From assembly GCA_035693145.1 (NCBI GenBank), contig DASSHA010000161.1, positions 12,310-76,309 on the forward strand: a DNA stretch of 64,000 bases, in the 5' to 3' direction. Each line of letters starts with the position of its first letter. Position 1 is the first letter of the stretch. Shown piece after piece: positions 48,264 through 56,093 of this stretch. This DNA is from Candidatus Limnocylindrales bacterium (GTDB taxonomy: Bacteria > Chloroflexota > Limnocylindria > Limnocylindrales > CSP1-4). The position numbers and the translations under genes were made by a program. The notes beneath the pieces were generated by a model, which was not told the DNA's origin, did no database searches, and saw only the letters and a program-made list of their open reading frames with translations.

Positions 48264-49763
48264 TCAGACGGCGGCCTCGGCGACGGCCGGTGGCGCCTCG
48301 GCGTCAGCTGCGCCCGGCACGCCGGCTTCTCCGCGAAGCAGCCGCCTCCGGAGCACGGCGGCGTACCAGACGGCCGCGATGACGAAGAAGCCGCCGGCCA
48401 TGAGGGCCGTCTGCTGGTTCGCCTCGGGGATCGTCAGGACCGCGATGACGGCGAGCGACCAGACGAACGCGATCGTGCGGATCGGGTTCGCCCAACGGCC
48501 GAGGTCGAACGAGCTGCGACCGGTCAGCAGCCCTCGCCGCGCGGCGAGGATGGCGCCGAGGATCGTGAGCGCGTAGACCGCGTAGTACCCGACGGACGCC
48601 ATTCCGACGATCAACGACATCGCCTGCGCCGCGATCGTCGAGCCGATCAGGACGAGCGCGATCGACAGGCTCGCGGCGACGAGCAGCGAGCCGGACGGCG
48701 AGCCCGTCGTTCGGGACACGCGTGCCAGCGTCGGCGACGCCGGCAGCATGTTGTCGCGGGACAGGGAGAAGATCAGTCGCGACGAGGCTGCCATGTTCGC
48801 GAGCCCACCCGCGTAGAGGGCGACCATGGCAACGACCTCGAAGATCAACGCACCGGTCGAGCCGAGAGCGCCTTCGAGGACGTGGACGATCGGCACGGCC
48901 GCCGATGTCGTCGCACCGAGATCCTGGATGTTGATCGTCAGAGCGATCAGCATGAAGAACCCGATGACGACGGCCAGGATCAGCGACGTCACGACCGCCT
49001 TCGGGACGTTCCGCCGCGCGCCCTGTGTCTCCTCGGCGAGGTCGGCCGCTCCCTCGAAGCCGGTCAGGACCCAGATCCCGAGCAGGCCGGACAGGAGGAA
49101 CGCGGTCAGGAAGCCCGCGTCGCCCGGAACGGACGTCGTGAGGAAGCCGAGGTTCTGGACCGGGTGGGTGATGAACCCGACGACGAGCAGGATCAGGGTC
49201 AGCACGACCGACAGGCCGAGCTCGGCCGTGTAGGCCGCGATGTTGTTGATCCGGGAGGCGATCCGGACGCCGGCGAGGTTGATCAACAGCTGGGAGACGG
49301 TCAACAGGATCGTCGTGACGGCGATCGTCCCGACGTTGATGTCGACACCCAGCCGGTTCAGGAGGATCGGCGACAGGCCCAGGTTCAGCCCGGTGAAGCC
49401 GGGCGTGAACGCCATGAGACCCGCCCAGCCGGTAAACCAGCCGTAGTGCGAGTTGACGAGTCGGCTCGTCCACTGGAAGGCGTAGCCGCTGAGCGGCATT
49501 CGGCCGGCCAGGTCGGCGAGCACGAGGGCGACGACGATCTGCCCGATCGCGACGATCGGCCAGGTCCAGATGAACGCCGGACCGACCGTGCCGAGCGAAT
49601 ACGCGTAGACGGTGAAGATCCCGGCCGTGATGCACATGCACGAGATCGAGATCGAAAGCGAGCTGAACAGGCCCATCGAGCGGTTCAGCTGTGGCTCGTA
49701 GCCGAAGGACCGCAGCTCGCGGTCGTCATCGTGCTCCGCCTGGGACGCGCGGGACAGGGACAT
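48264..49763 (-). CDS. APC superfamily amino acid/amine permease
   Basis: About 12 TM segments, with GLFSSLSISISCMCITAGIF...GRMPLSGYAFQW. ATG 49763 (MSLSRASQ) is preceded by GAGGAGGAGG. The listed ORF starts 15 codons earlier. Confidence 0.85.
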   Translation of the reverse strand: MSLSRASQAEHDDDRELRSFGYEPQLNRSMGLFSSLSISISCMCITAGIFTVYAYSLGTVGPAFIWTWPIVAIGQIVVALVLADLAGRMPLSGYAFQWTSRLVNSHYGWFTGWAGLMAFTPGFTGLNLGLSPILLNRLGVDINVGTIAVTTILLTVSQLLINLAGVRIASRINNIAAYTAELGLSVVLTLILLVVGFITHPVQNLGFLTTSVPGDAGFLTAFLLSGLLGIWVLTGFEGAADLAEETQGARRNVPKAVVTSLILAVVIGFFMLIALTINIQDLGATTSAAVPIVHVLEGALGSTGALIFEVVAMVALYAGGLANMAASSRLIFSLSRDNMLPASPTLARVSRTTGSPSGSLLVAASLSIALVLIGSTIAAQAMSLIVGMASVGYYAVYALTILGAILAARRGLLTGRSSFDLGRWANPIRTIAFVWSLAVIAVLTIPEANQQTALMAGGFFVIAAVWYAAVLRRRLLRGEAGVPGAADAEAPPAVAEAAV

Positions 49764-49888
49764 GGATGCGTCCTCCTCCTCATCGCTGATACCGCGCGGT
49801 CCGGCCACTCCGGCGCGCGGCCCATCACCCCGGGCTGTCGGTCATCGGCCCTCCTGCGACAGCTGCGGTGGTTCGGTCGACCGGCCTT

Positions 49889-50641
49889 CTAGCGCGCATC
49901 GGCCGGGCGGGCGTGGCGGATGCGGCGGACGCTCACGTTCAGGACGGTCGGGACGTAGTGCTCGGTCGAATGGAGGACCGGTCGATCCGCGGTCGACCGC
50001 TCGACCTGGTCCATCCGGAGGAGCGGTTGTCCGTCGGCGACGCCGAGCAGGACGGCGAGGTCCGCGTCGGCCGAGACCGCGGTGAGCTCGGCGAACCCGC
50101 CGACGAGCTCCACGCCGCAGCGCTCCTCGAGAAACCGATAGACCGACCCTCCGTCGTACGCAACGGATCCGACGATCGCGGCCGGGATCGCGTCGATCGC
50201 ATGTGCCGCCGGCACGTCGTTCACGCGGATGACGCGCTCGATCCACAGCACCGTCGCGTCGTCGGCGAGCTCGAGCCGCTCGGCGATCGGGTCCGGTGCC
50301 CGCGCGAGATTCGCCCGCACGAGCTCCACGCCGAGCTGCTGGCGCGCCGCCGCCACCGCCTCGGTGACCCCGATGTCCAGGTCGAACCGGCTCGAGACGG
50401 TGGGCGGCACCTGGGTCACGAACGTTCCGACGCCGTGGACGCGCCGGACGAGGCCGTCCCCTTCGAGGCTGCGGAGGACTTCCCGGATCGTCGGTCTGCT
50501 GACGCCGTAGGCGCTGGCGAGCTCCGGCTCGGATGGCAGCCGGTCGCCCGGGCGGTAGCTGTCGGCGAGGTCCGTGAGCACCTCGCCCCGGACGGCGACG
50601 AAGCGTGGCGTCCGGGTGCGGCGGCGAGCCTGAGCCGTCAT
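49889..50641 (-). CDS. GntR family transcriptional regulator, HutC/UTRA subfamily (paralogue 3)
   Basis: wHTH LPSEPELASAYGVSRPTIREVLRSLEGDGLVRRVHGVGTFV followed by a UTRA-like domain. Confidence 0.9.
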   Translation of the reverse strand: MTAQARRRTRTPRFVAVRGEVLTDLADSYRPGDRLPSEPELASAYGVSRPTIREVLRSLEGDGLVRRVHGVGTFVTQVPPTVSSRFDLDIGVTEAVAAARQQLGVELVRANLARAPDPIAERLELADDATVLWIERVIRVNDVPAAHAIDAIPAAIVGSVAYDGGSVYRFLEERCGVELVGGFAELTAVSADADLAVLLGVADGQPLLRMDQVERSTADRPVLHSTEHYVPTVLNVSVRRIRHARPADAR

Positions 50642-50648
50642 AGGACGT

Positions 50649-50678
50649 AAGATGTCAGACGACTAACGCCGATGTCAA
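50649..50678 (-). promoter_or_regulatory. candidate promoter, TTGACA-N18-CATCTT, 7 nt upstream of ATG 50641 (possibly leaderless), with a GTCNGAC box
   Basis: On the reverse strand: -35 at 50678-50673 and -10-like CATCTT at 50654-50649. The box CGTCTGAC abuts the -10. There is no SD before the ATG. ATGTCA direct repeats occur on the + strand at 50652, 50672 and 50691. Confidence 0.45.
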
Positions 50679-50693
50679 TCCAGCGCGAATATG

Positions 50694-51551
50694 TCAGTCG
50701 GTCGGGCCGAGCTCCCCCAGCACGGCCTCGTGGAGCCGTCCGTTCGTTGCCAGGCCTTCGCCGCGCTCGAGGCTCCGACGCCCGTCGAAATCGGTGATCC
50801 GGCCGCCGGCTTCCTCGACGAGGATCCACGGGGCGGCCAGGTCCCAGGGATGGAGATCCTGCTCGAGCATCGCCTCGGCGGTGCCGTCGGCGATGAGCGT
50901 GTAGCCCCAGAAATCGCCGAACCCGCGCTCACGCCACGCGGCATGGATCAATCGCTCGAAGCCCGCGGCCACCCGAGACGCCTCCATGTCCCGAATGGAA
51001 CGGAACAGGACCTGCGACGCGTCGAGACGTTCGACGTTCGACACGGCGAGCCGGCGCGGCCCGTCAGGGTTCGCCGGTCCACCGGCGACCCACGCGCCGC
51101 CACCCCGCATCGCCCACCAGCGCTGGCCGAGCGCCGGCGCGCTGATCATCCCGACCTGGATCTCACCGTCGCGCTCCACCGCGATGAGCGTTGCGAACAA
51201 CGGCAGTCCGCGCATGAAGTTGTGCGTGCCGTCGATCGGATCGATGTACCAGCGCTCGCCGCCGGTTCCAGCCTCCGCCTCGCCGTACTCCTCGCCCACG
51301 AGGCCGTGCGCGGGATAGCGGCTCGCGATCCGGTCGCGAATCGTCCGCTCCACGGCGCGGTCGGCCGCGGTGACGTACGAGCCGTCGGCCTTGCGGTCGA
51401 CGCCGAGCTCCGTGCGAAACGCGCCGAGCGCGATCGCGTCGGCCTCGTCGCATGTCGCATGACAGAAGGAGAGCCACTCGTCGAGCTCACGGGCATCGCC
51501 GCGGCGCCGAGTGGCGGACCATTCGACGCCGGTGGCCGGGACGTCGTCCAT
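50694..51551 (-). CDS. inositol monophosphatase family phosphatase (IMPase / HisN-like)
   Basis: Carries VTAADRAVERTIRDRI, GEEYG and WYIDPIDGTHNFMRGLP. Confidence 0.85.
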   Translation of the reverse strand: MDDVPATGVEWSATRRRGDARELDEWLSFCHATCDEADAIALGAFRTELGVDRKADGSYVTAADRAVERTIRDRIASRYPAHGLVGEEYGEAEAGTGGERWYIDPIDGTHNFMRGLPLFATLIAVERDGEIQVGMISAPALGQRWWAMRGGGAWVAGGPANPDGPRRLAVSNVERLDASQVLFRSIRDMEASRVAAGFERLIHAAWRERGFGDFWGYTLIADGTAEAMLEQDLHPWDLAAPWILVEEAGGRITDFDGRRSLERGEGLATNGRLHEAVLGELGPTD

Positions 51552-51574
51552 CGGGGGCGCGTCCCGCCGCGCCG

Positions 51575-53023
51575 TCAGCTTGCGGCAGGCACGCGCGACC
51601 GAAGCGACGCCGGCAGCGGCCGATCGTGGTCCAGCGACCGGGCGTACCGGTCCACCATCTCGCGGCTGCCGACGACCTTCAGCTGCTCGAACAGGAACGC
51701 GACCTTCTTCGCCTGGTCGGCGAGAATCTCATCCTTCGTGGCCAGGTCCCACAGCTCGCGCTTGAACGGCCCGATCGTCTTCTTGCGGGTCGTGTAGACG
51801 AACTGCCGGTCCGTCTGGTCGGCCTTGCGCTCCTCGGCCGCTTCGGCGAAGCACCAGTGGTCCATCCGGTCGCGCAGCTCGGCCGGGAAGGCGGGATGGT
51901 CGAACAGCAGGTTCTGGAAGCCGGTGGCCAGGTGGATCTCGGCGGTCTCGACCGCCGGGAACTTGTGGAACGCCTCGTCCGGCAGGGTCGAGGCGCCGTG
52001 CTGGACCGTTCCCGCCAGCCCATGCTCGCGGGCGACTGCGCCGAGCTTCTCGTGGACGGTGAAGTCGACCGCGACGCTCGCGACGGTGCCGTCCGGCAGG
52101 ACGACGCCACCGTGGCTCGTGCCGGTCTGGACGCTCACCTTGCTGATCCCGGGCTTGCCCGCCGCCTTCCGAGCGAGCTCCGCGCCGTAGCCGGCGAGGT
52201 ACGCCCGGAGCTCCTCGACCGTCGAGTTCTCCTTGCCGACCTCCCCGATCTCGCCGCCGACGCTGATCGTCACACCGTCCGGCTCGAGCGAGCGGATGAG
52301 CGCCGTCATGTCGGCCGTCTGCGTGTAGTTCGCCCGCTGCTGTTCGTCGACGGAGGGCTTCGAGAGGTCGACGAGCGTGGAGCTGTCGATGTCGATGTTC
52401 GCGTAGCCGGCGTCGATGGCGAGCCGGCAGGCCCGTCGGATCTCCTCGGTCATCGCCTCGGGATCGGCAGCGTACTTCTTGGCGTTGAACTGGTAGTGGT
52501 CGCCCTGGATGAAGACGGGCCCGCGCCAGCCGGCGGCGATCGCACCGGCGAGGACGTTGGTTGCATATTCGGTCGGTCGCTGGAACGTGTACGTCTGCTC
52601 GCTCCTCGCGAGCTCGAGGATGACGGCGCCGACGTCGTGCGCAGATGCGGTTTCGAAGATCGTCCTCGCCATGTCGAACGTCTGGGCACGGATGTTGATC
52701 GCCGGCACCGTGAAGCCGTTGACCTCGCCGCGTCCGCGCGCCCGGTAGAGCTCCTCGATCGAGGCGCTCCGCGCGCCGAGCGCCTGCGCCGCCTGCCACA
52801 CGATCCAGCGAGCCGCCGCCGTCTGCTCCGACTCGTCGGGGGAGAACGTCGCGGTCCAGGCCAGCGTCCGGATACCGCGGTCACGGAGCGCGGCCTCGTC
52901 CTCGACGACCAGCGACTCCCCGTCGACGCGGACGACGCCCCGGAGTGCGTCGAGCAGCTCGTCGACGGAACCCGCGACGAGGTGGGCGGCCGGCGGCTCG
53001 GATCTCTCGTGAACGTGCGGCAT
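51575..53023 (-). CDS. class II (metal-dependent) fructose/ketose-bisphosphate aldolase family protein, long form (about 480 aa)
   Basis: Carries GFTVPAINIR, IQGDHYQ, QTGTSHGG and VQHGASTLP. ATG 53023 is preceded by GGAGG at a 6-nt spacing. The listed start, GTG 53053, lies upstream of that SD. Confidence 0.8.
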   Translation of the reverse strand: MPHVHERSEPPAAHLVAGSVDELLDALRGVVRVDGESLVVEDEAALRDRGIRTLAWTATFSPDESEQTAAARWIVWQAAQALGARSASIEELYRARGRGEVNGFTVPAINIRAQTFDMARTIFETASAHDVGAVILELARSEQTYTFQRPTEYATNVLAGAIAAGWRGPVFIQGDHYQFNAKKYAADPEAMTEEIRRACRLAIDAGYANIDIDSSTLVDLSKPSVDEQQRANYTQTADMTALIRSLEPDGVTISVGGEIGEVGKENSTVEELRAYLAGYGAELARKAAGKPGISKVSVQTGTSHGGVVLPDGTVASVAVDFTVHEKLGAVAREHGLAGTVQHGASTLPDEAFHKFPAVETAEIHLATGFQNLLFDHPAFPAELRDRMDHWCFAEAAEERKADQTDRQFVYTTRKKTIGPFKRELWDLATKDEILADQAKKVAFLFEQLKVVGSREMVDRYARSLDHDRPLPASLRSRVPAAS

Positions 53024-53267
53024 CGGGCGCCTCCGGTTGGTTCTGGTCGTCACGCTTCGTCGCGTTCATGGTAGCCGCGCCGCTCATCGGGCCTCGTCGG
53101 TCGCCGGTCACGCGCGGCCCCGACGACCCGTCATGATCCGGACAGTGCGGGAGGGTCATGCGCGAGCGACACGGGTTCCAGGCAACAGGCCGCATCTCCA
53201 CTCGCCGGGGGGCCGGTTCCGTAGCGTTTCGTCGCCCTGACGCCCCGGCCTTGACGGCATTCGGTTC

Positions 53268-53861
53268 GTGACAGCTCCGCCGAACACTTCCGGGACCACC
53301 GGCGTCTGGACCGATGAGGGGCACGGGAGGAACGAGCTGGACGAGGTTCGGCGGGCACAGCAGGGTGAGCACGACGCGTTCGATCGACTCGCGGAGCAGC
53401 ATGCGGCCGAGCTCTACCGGGTCGCGGTCGTCATCGTCGGTCCCGACGACGCCGCCGACGCGACCCAGGACGCGCTCCTGTCGGCGTGGCGGGAGCTGCC
53501 GCGCCTTCGGGATCCCGACCGATTTGGAGCCTGGCTCCGGCGGATTCTCGTGAACGGCTGCCGCGACCGGCTGCGCACGGCGCGTCGGAGCGTCCGCGAG
53601 ATCCGTGTCGTCCCGATCGACGATCAGCTCGCCATCGCGGCGCCCGATCAGCACGGTCGTGTCGAAACCGGAGCCGCGCTCGGGCCGGCGGTCGCCCGTC
53701 TCGTCGCCGACCATCGCGCCGTCGTCGCTCTTCACTACGCAGCTGACCTGTCGATCCGCGAAGTCGCCGAGGCGCTCGACATACCGGTCGGGACCGCCAA
53801 ATCGCGCCTCGCCGCCGCGCTCACGGCGCTTCGGGCCGAGATCGGCGAGGAAGAGCGATGA
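53268..53861 (+). CDS. ECF (group IV) RNA polymerase sigma factor
   Basis: Region 2 FDRLAEQHAAELYRVAVVIVG...DATQDALLSAWRELPRLRDPDRFGAWLRRILVN and region 4 LSIREVAEALDIPVGTAKSRL. Confidence 0.85.
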   Translation: MTAPPNTSGTTGVWTDEGHGRNELDEVRRAQQGEHDAFDRLAEQHAAELYRVAVVIVGPDDAADATQDALLSAWRELPRLRDPDRFGAWLRRILVNGCRDRLRTARRSVREIRVVPIDDQLAIAAPDQHGRVETGAALGPAVARLVADHRAVVALHYAADLSIREVAEALDIPVGTAKSRLAAALTALRAEIGEEER

Positions 53862-55777
53862 CCACGCGATCGATCGACCCACAGCGCCGATTGGAGGACC
53901 GTCTCCGGATCGAGCTGGGCCGCCCGGTCCCGCCGGCGACGCTTGTCCCGAACGTCCGCGCCGCGATCCGTTCGACCGGACAAGCCACTGCGCATCGGCT
54001 GCCGACGCGGCCGCTCCTGCTCGCCGCTGCAGTCCTCGTCGGCGCCGCCGCGCTCGCGGTCGGTTCGGCTCGCCTGCGTTCGGTCGACCCGCCGCCGACC
54101 CCGGTGGCGTCGCCTCCGCTTTCGACATCGTCGCCGAGGGCGAGCGTCAGCCCGTTGACGGTAGCCGACCTGCGGGCCGGCGCGACGCTGCTCGCCATCG
54201 GGTACATCGCCATGCGAGACGGCGACGAGCGGCTGCTTGCGTGGAAGGGCGAGCGGCTGTATGTCATCGCGGGGCCGTCCGCAGGCGCGGGCGGCGACGT
54301 CGAGGTCCAATGGTTCGGCAGCCTCGACCATGGGTACACGCCGACGGGTCGAACCGCTGCCGTCCCGATGTCGGAGCTCCTCCCTCGTGCGGTCCCCTAC
54401 ACCCCCGACTGCCCGACCGAACCGGTCGATCCCGGCGCGTTGGGCCGGCTTCTCCCGTTCGAGCGCCTCGTCTGCTTCGGGGCGCGAACGATCACGCTCT
54501 CGCCCGTCATGCTCCGTCCCGCGCCGGACGACCACGTCGCCGCGTGGCGCTTGACGGGTGATGGGTCCGCGGACCCGATCGCCAGCGTCGCCGCGATCGC
54601 GCCGCCCGGGACGTCGGCACCGGAGGGTCGATGGCTCGAGGTCTCGGGCTCGTTCGACTCCGCGCCCAGCGACTGCCGCGGCTCGGACAACGACGTGATC
54701 CTCCGGTGTCGCGAGTTGTTCGTCGTCGTCTCGAGCCGCGAGATCCCGGCTCCGGTCTTTGCGTTGGATGCTCAATGGGGGCAGATCCCCGACGCGCCTA
54801 TCCGCGGAGCGTTCGCACAGGCGATCGCGTGGACCGGAAGCGAGATGCTCACCTGGGGTGGAGTGCCATCGTCGAATGGCGCAGCACGCGTCGACGTGCC
54901 CGAGAACGGCGCTGCCTATGACCCGACGACGAGGTCGTGGCGGACGCTGCCCGCGGCGCCCATCGGCCCACGGTTCGATACGGTTTCGGCCTGGACTGGC
55001 CATGAGCTGCTGGTCTGGGGTGGATCGTGGCCGTGGGGCGATCCGAAGCCCTTGGCCGACGGTGCCGCGTTCGACCCGGCGACGAACCGCTGGCGGCGCA
55101 TCCCGCACACGCCGATCAAGCCGTCGTTCGGCTCCGTCGGCACCTGGACCGGATCGGAGCTCGTCGTTGCCGCGCTGCCCGGGCCTCGGGGAGGCGAAGC
55201 CGAGGTCGCCGCATTCAACCGGGCGACGAACCGGTGGCGAACCCTTCCCGACCTTCCGCTCCGGGGTGGCTTCGCGGAGCTGGTCGCCGTCGGCGACCGG
55301 ATTGTCGCGATCGATCGGTCGGACGGCGAACTCGTCGGCATCCGGACGCTCGCGCCCGACGACGACGCCTGGCACGACGTGGACACGTCGAACGTTCCGC
55401 CCTCGTCACCGCTCGGCGTCGTTTCCACCGGTGAAGAACTGCTGGTGCTCGGCGAGCTGCCGTCAACGACAGGCGGACCGACCGTCTCGGTCGTCCGGCG
55501 CTACGACCCGCTGGCGGGCACGTGGCGGATCGGCGCACCATCGCCCGCGTGGGACAGCTCGAGCGGGCTCTGGACCGGCTCCCTCGTCCTCTATGGCTCG
55601 CTCGCGTACGACCCAGGAGCCGATCGCTGGCTGGCGATCGCGCCCGACGACGCGGACGAGGGCCTCCACGGCGGGAAGGCCGTTTGGGCCGGCGACCGTC
55701 TCATCCAATGGAGCGGTCTCGAGGGTGAGTCGGTCGTCGCACCGCGGGGCGGGGTCGAGCTCGTGCTCCTCCCTTGA
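53858..55777 (+). CDS. single-pass membrane protein with extracytoplasmic Kelch-like beta-propeller repeats; putative anti-sigma or sensor partner
   Basis: ATGA overlap with the sigma factor gene. It has an N-terminal cytoplasmic segment of about 50 aa and one TM segment (LLLAAAVLVGAAALAV). Repeated W-T-G-x-E-hydrophobic...WGG motifs are present (AWTGSEMLTWGG, AWTGHELLVWGG, TWTGSELVV, LWTGSLVLYG, VWAGDRLIQWSG). Confidence 0.7.
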   Translation: MTTRSIDPQRRLEDRLRIELGRPVPPATLVPNVRAAIRSTGQATAHRLPTRPLLLAAAVLVGAAALAVGSARLRSVDPPPTPVASPPLSTSSPRASVSPLTVADLRAGATLLAIGYIAMRDGDERLLAWKGERLYVIAGPSAGAGGDVEVQWFGSLDHGYTPTGRTAAVPMSELLPRAVPYTPDCPTEPVDPGALGRLLPFERLVCFGARTITLSPVMLRPAPDDHVAAWRLTGDGSADPIASVAAIAPPGTSAPEGRWLEVSGSFDSAPSDCRGSDNDVILRCRELFVVVSSREIPAPVFALDAQWGQIPDAPIRGAFAQAIAWTGSEMLTWGGVPSSNGAARVDVPENGAAYDPTTRSWRTLPAAPIGPRFDTVSAWTGHELLVWGGSWPWGDPKPLADGAAFDPATNRWRRIPHTPIKPSFGSVGTWTGSELVVAALPGPRGGEAEVAAFNRATNRWRTLPDLPLRGGFAELVAVGDRIVAIDRSDGELVGIRTLAPDDDAWHDVDTSNVPPSSPLGVVSTGEELLVLGELPSTTGGPTVSVVRRYDPLAGTWRIGAPSPAWDSSSGLWTGSLVLYGSLAYDPGADRWLAIAPDDADEGLHGGKAVWAGDRLIQWSGLEGESVVAPRGGVELVLLP

Positions 55778-56093
55778 CCGCGACCGCCCCTCTGCTGAGC
55801 GCATCCGCGCCAGCTAGTCACGGGGTGACTGGTAGCAGAGCCGAGCGGTGCGAGCGCTTCCGGAATCTGAATGCCTATTCGGACCCGTGGATACGACATG
55901 GCTCCGAATCCTGCTAGATGCATACCTATGCGAGTAGCGGCCCGCGTCGGCGCCTCCAGCGTTGACTAGCAGTCAGCCGGCGAATATTCGGCGCAAGCCG
56001 ACCTGAGTCGGCGCACCCGACCAGGCTGCGGTCCGGCGGGAAGCGCGCGTCGGCGCGCCCGGCTGAGGTCCGCCCGGACCACTGCTGGCCCCG

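Noticed and set aside
55591-55990. Short ORFs in the low-GC spacer: 55591..55923 (-, 110 aa) and a 32-codon + strand ORF starting at about 55871.
   Set aside because: They have no SD and use atypical codons. The first overlaps the 3' end of the Kelch-protein gene. The region is treated as non-coding (see finding).
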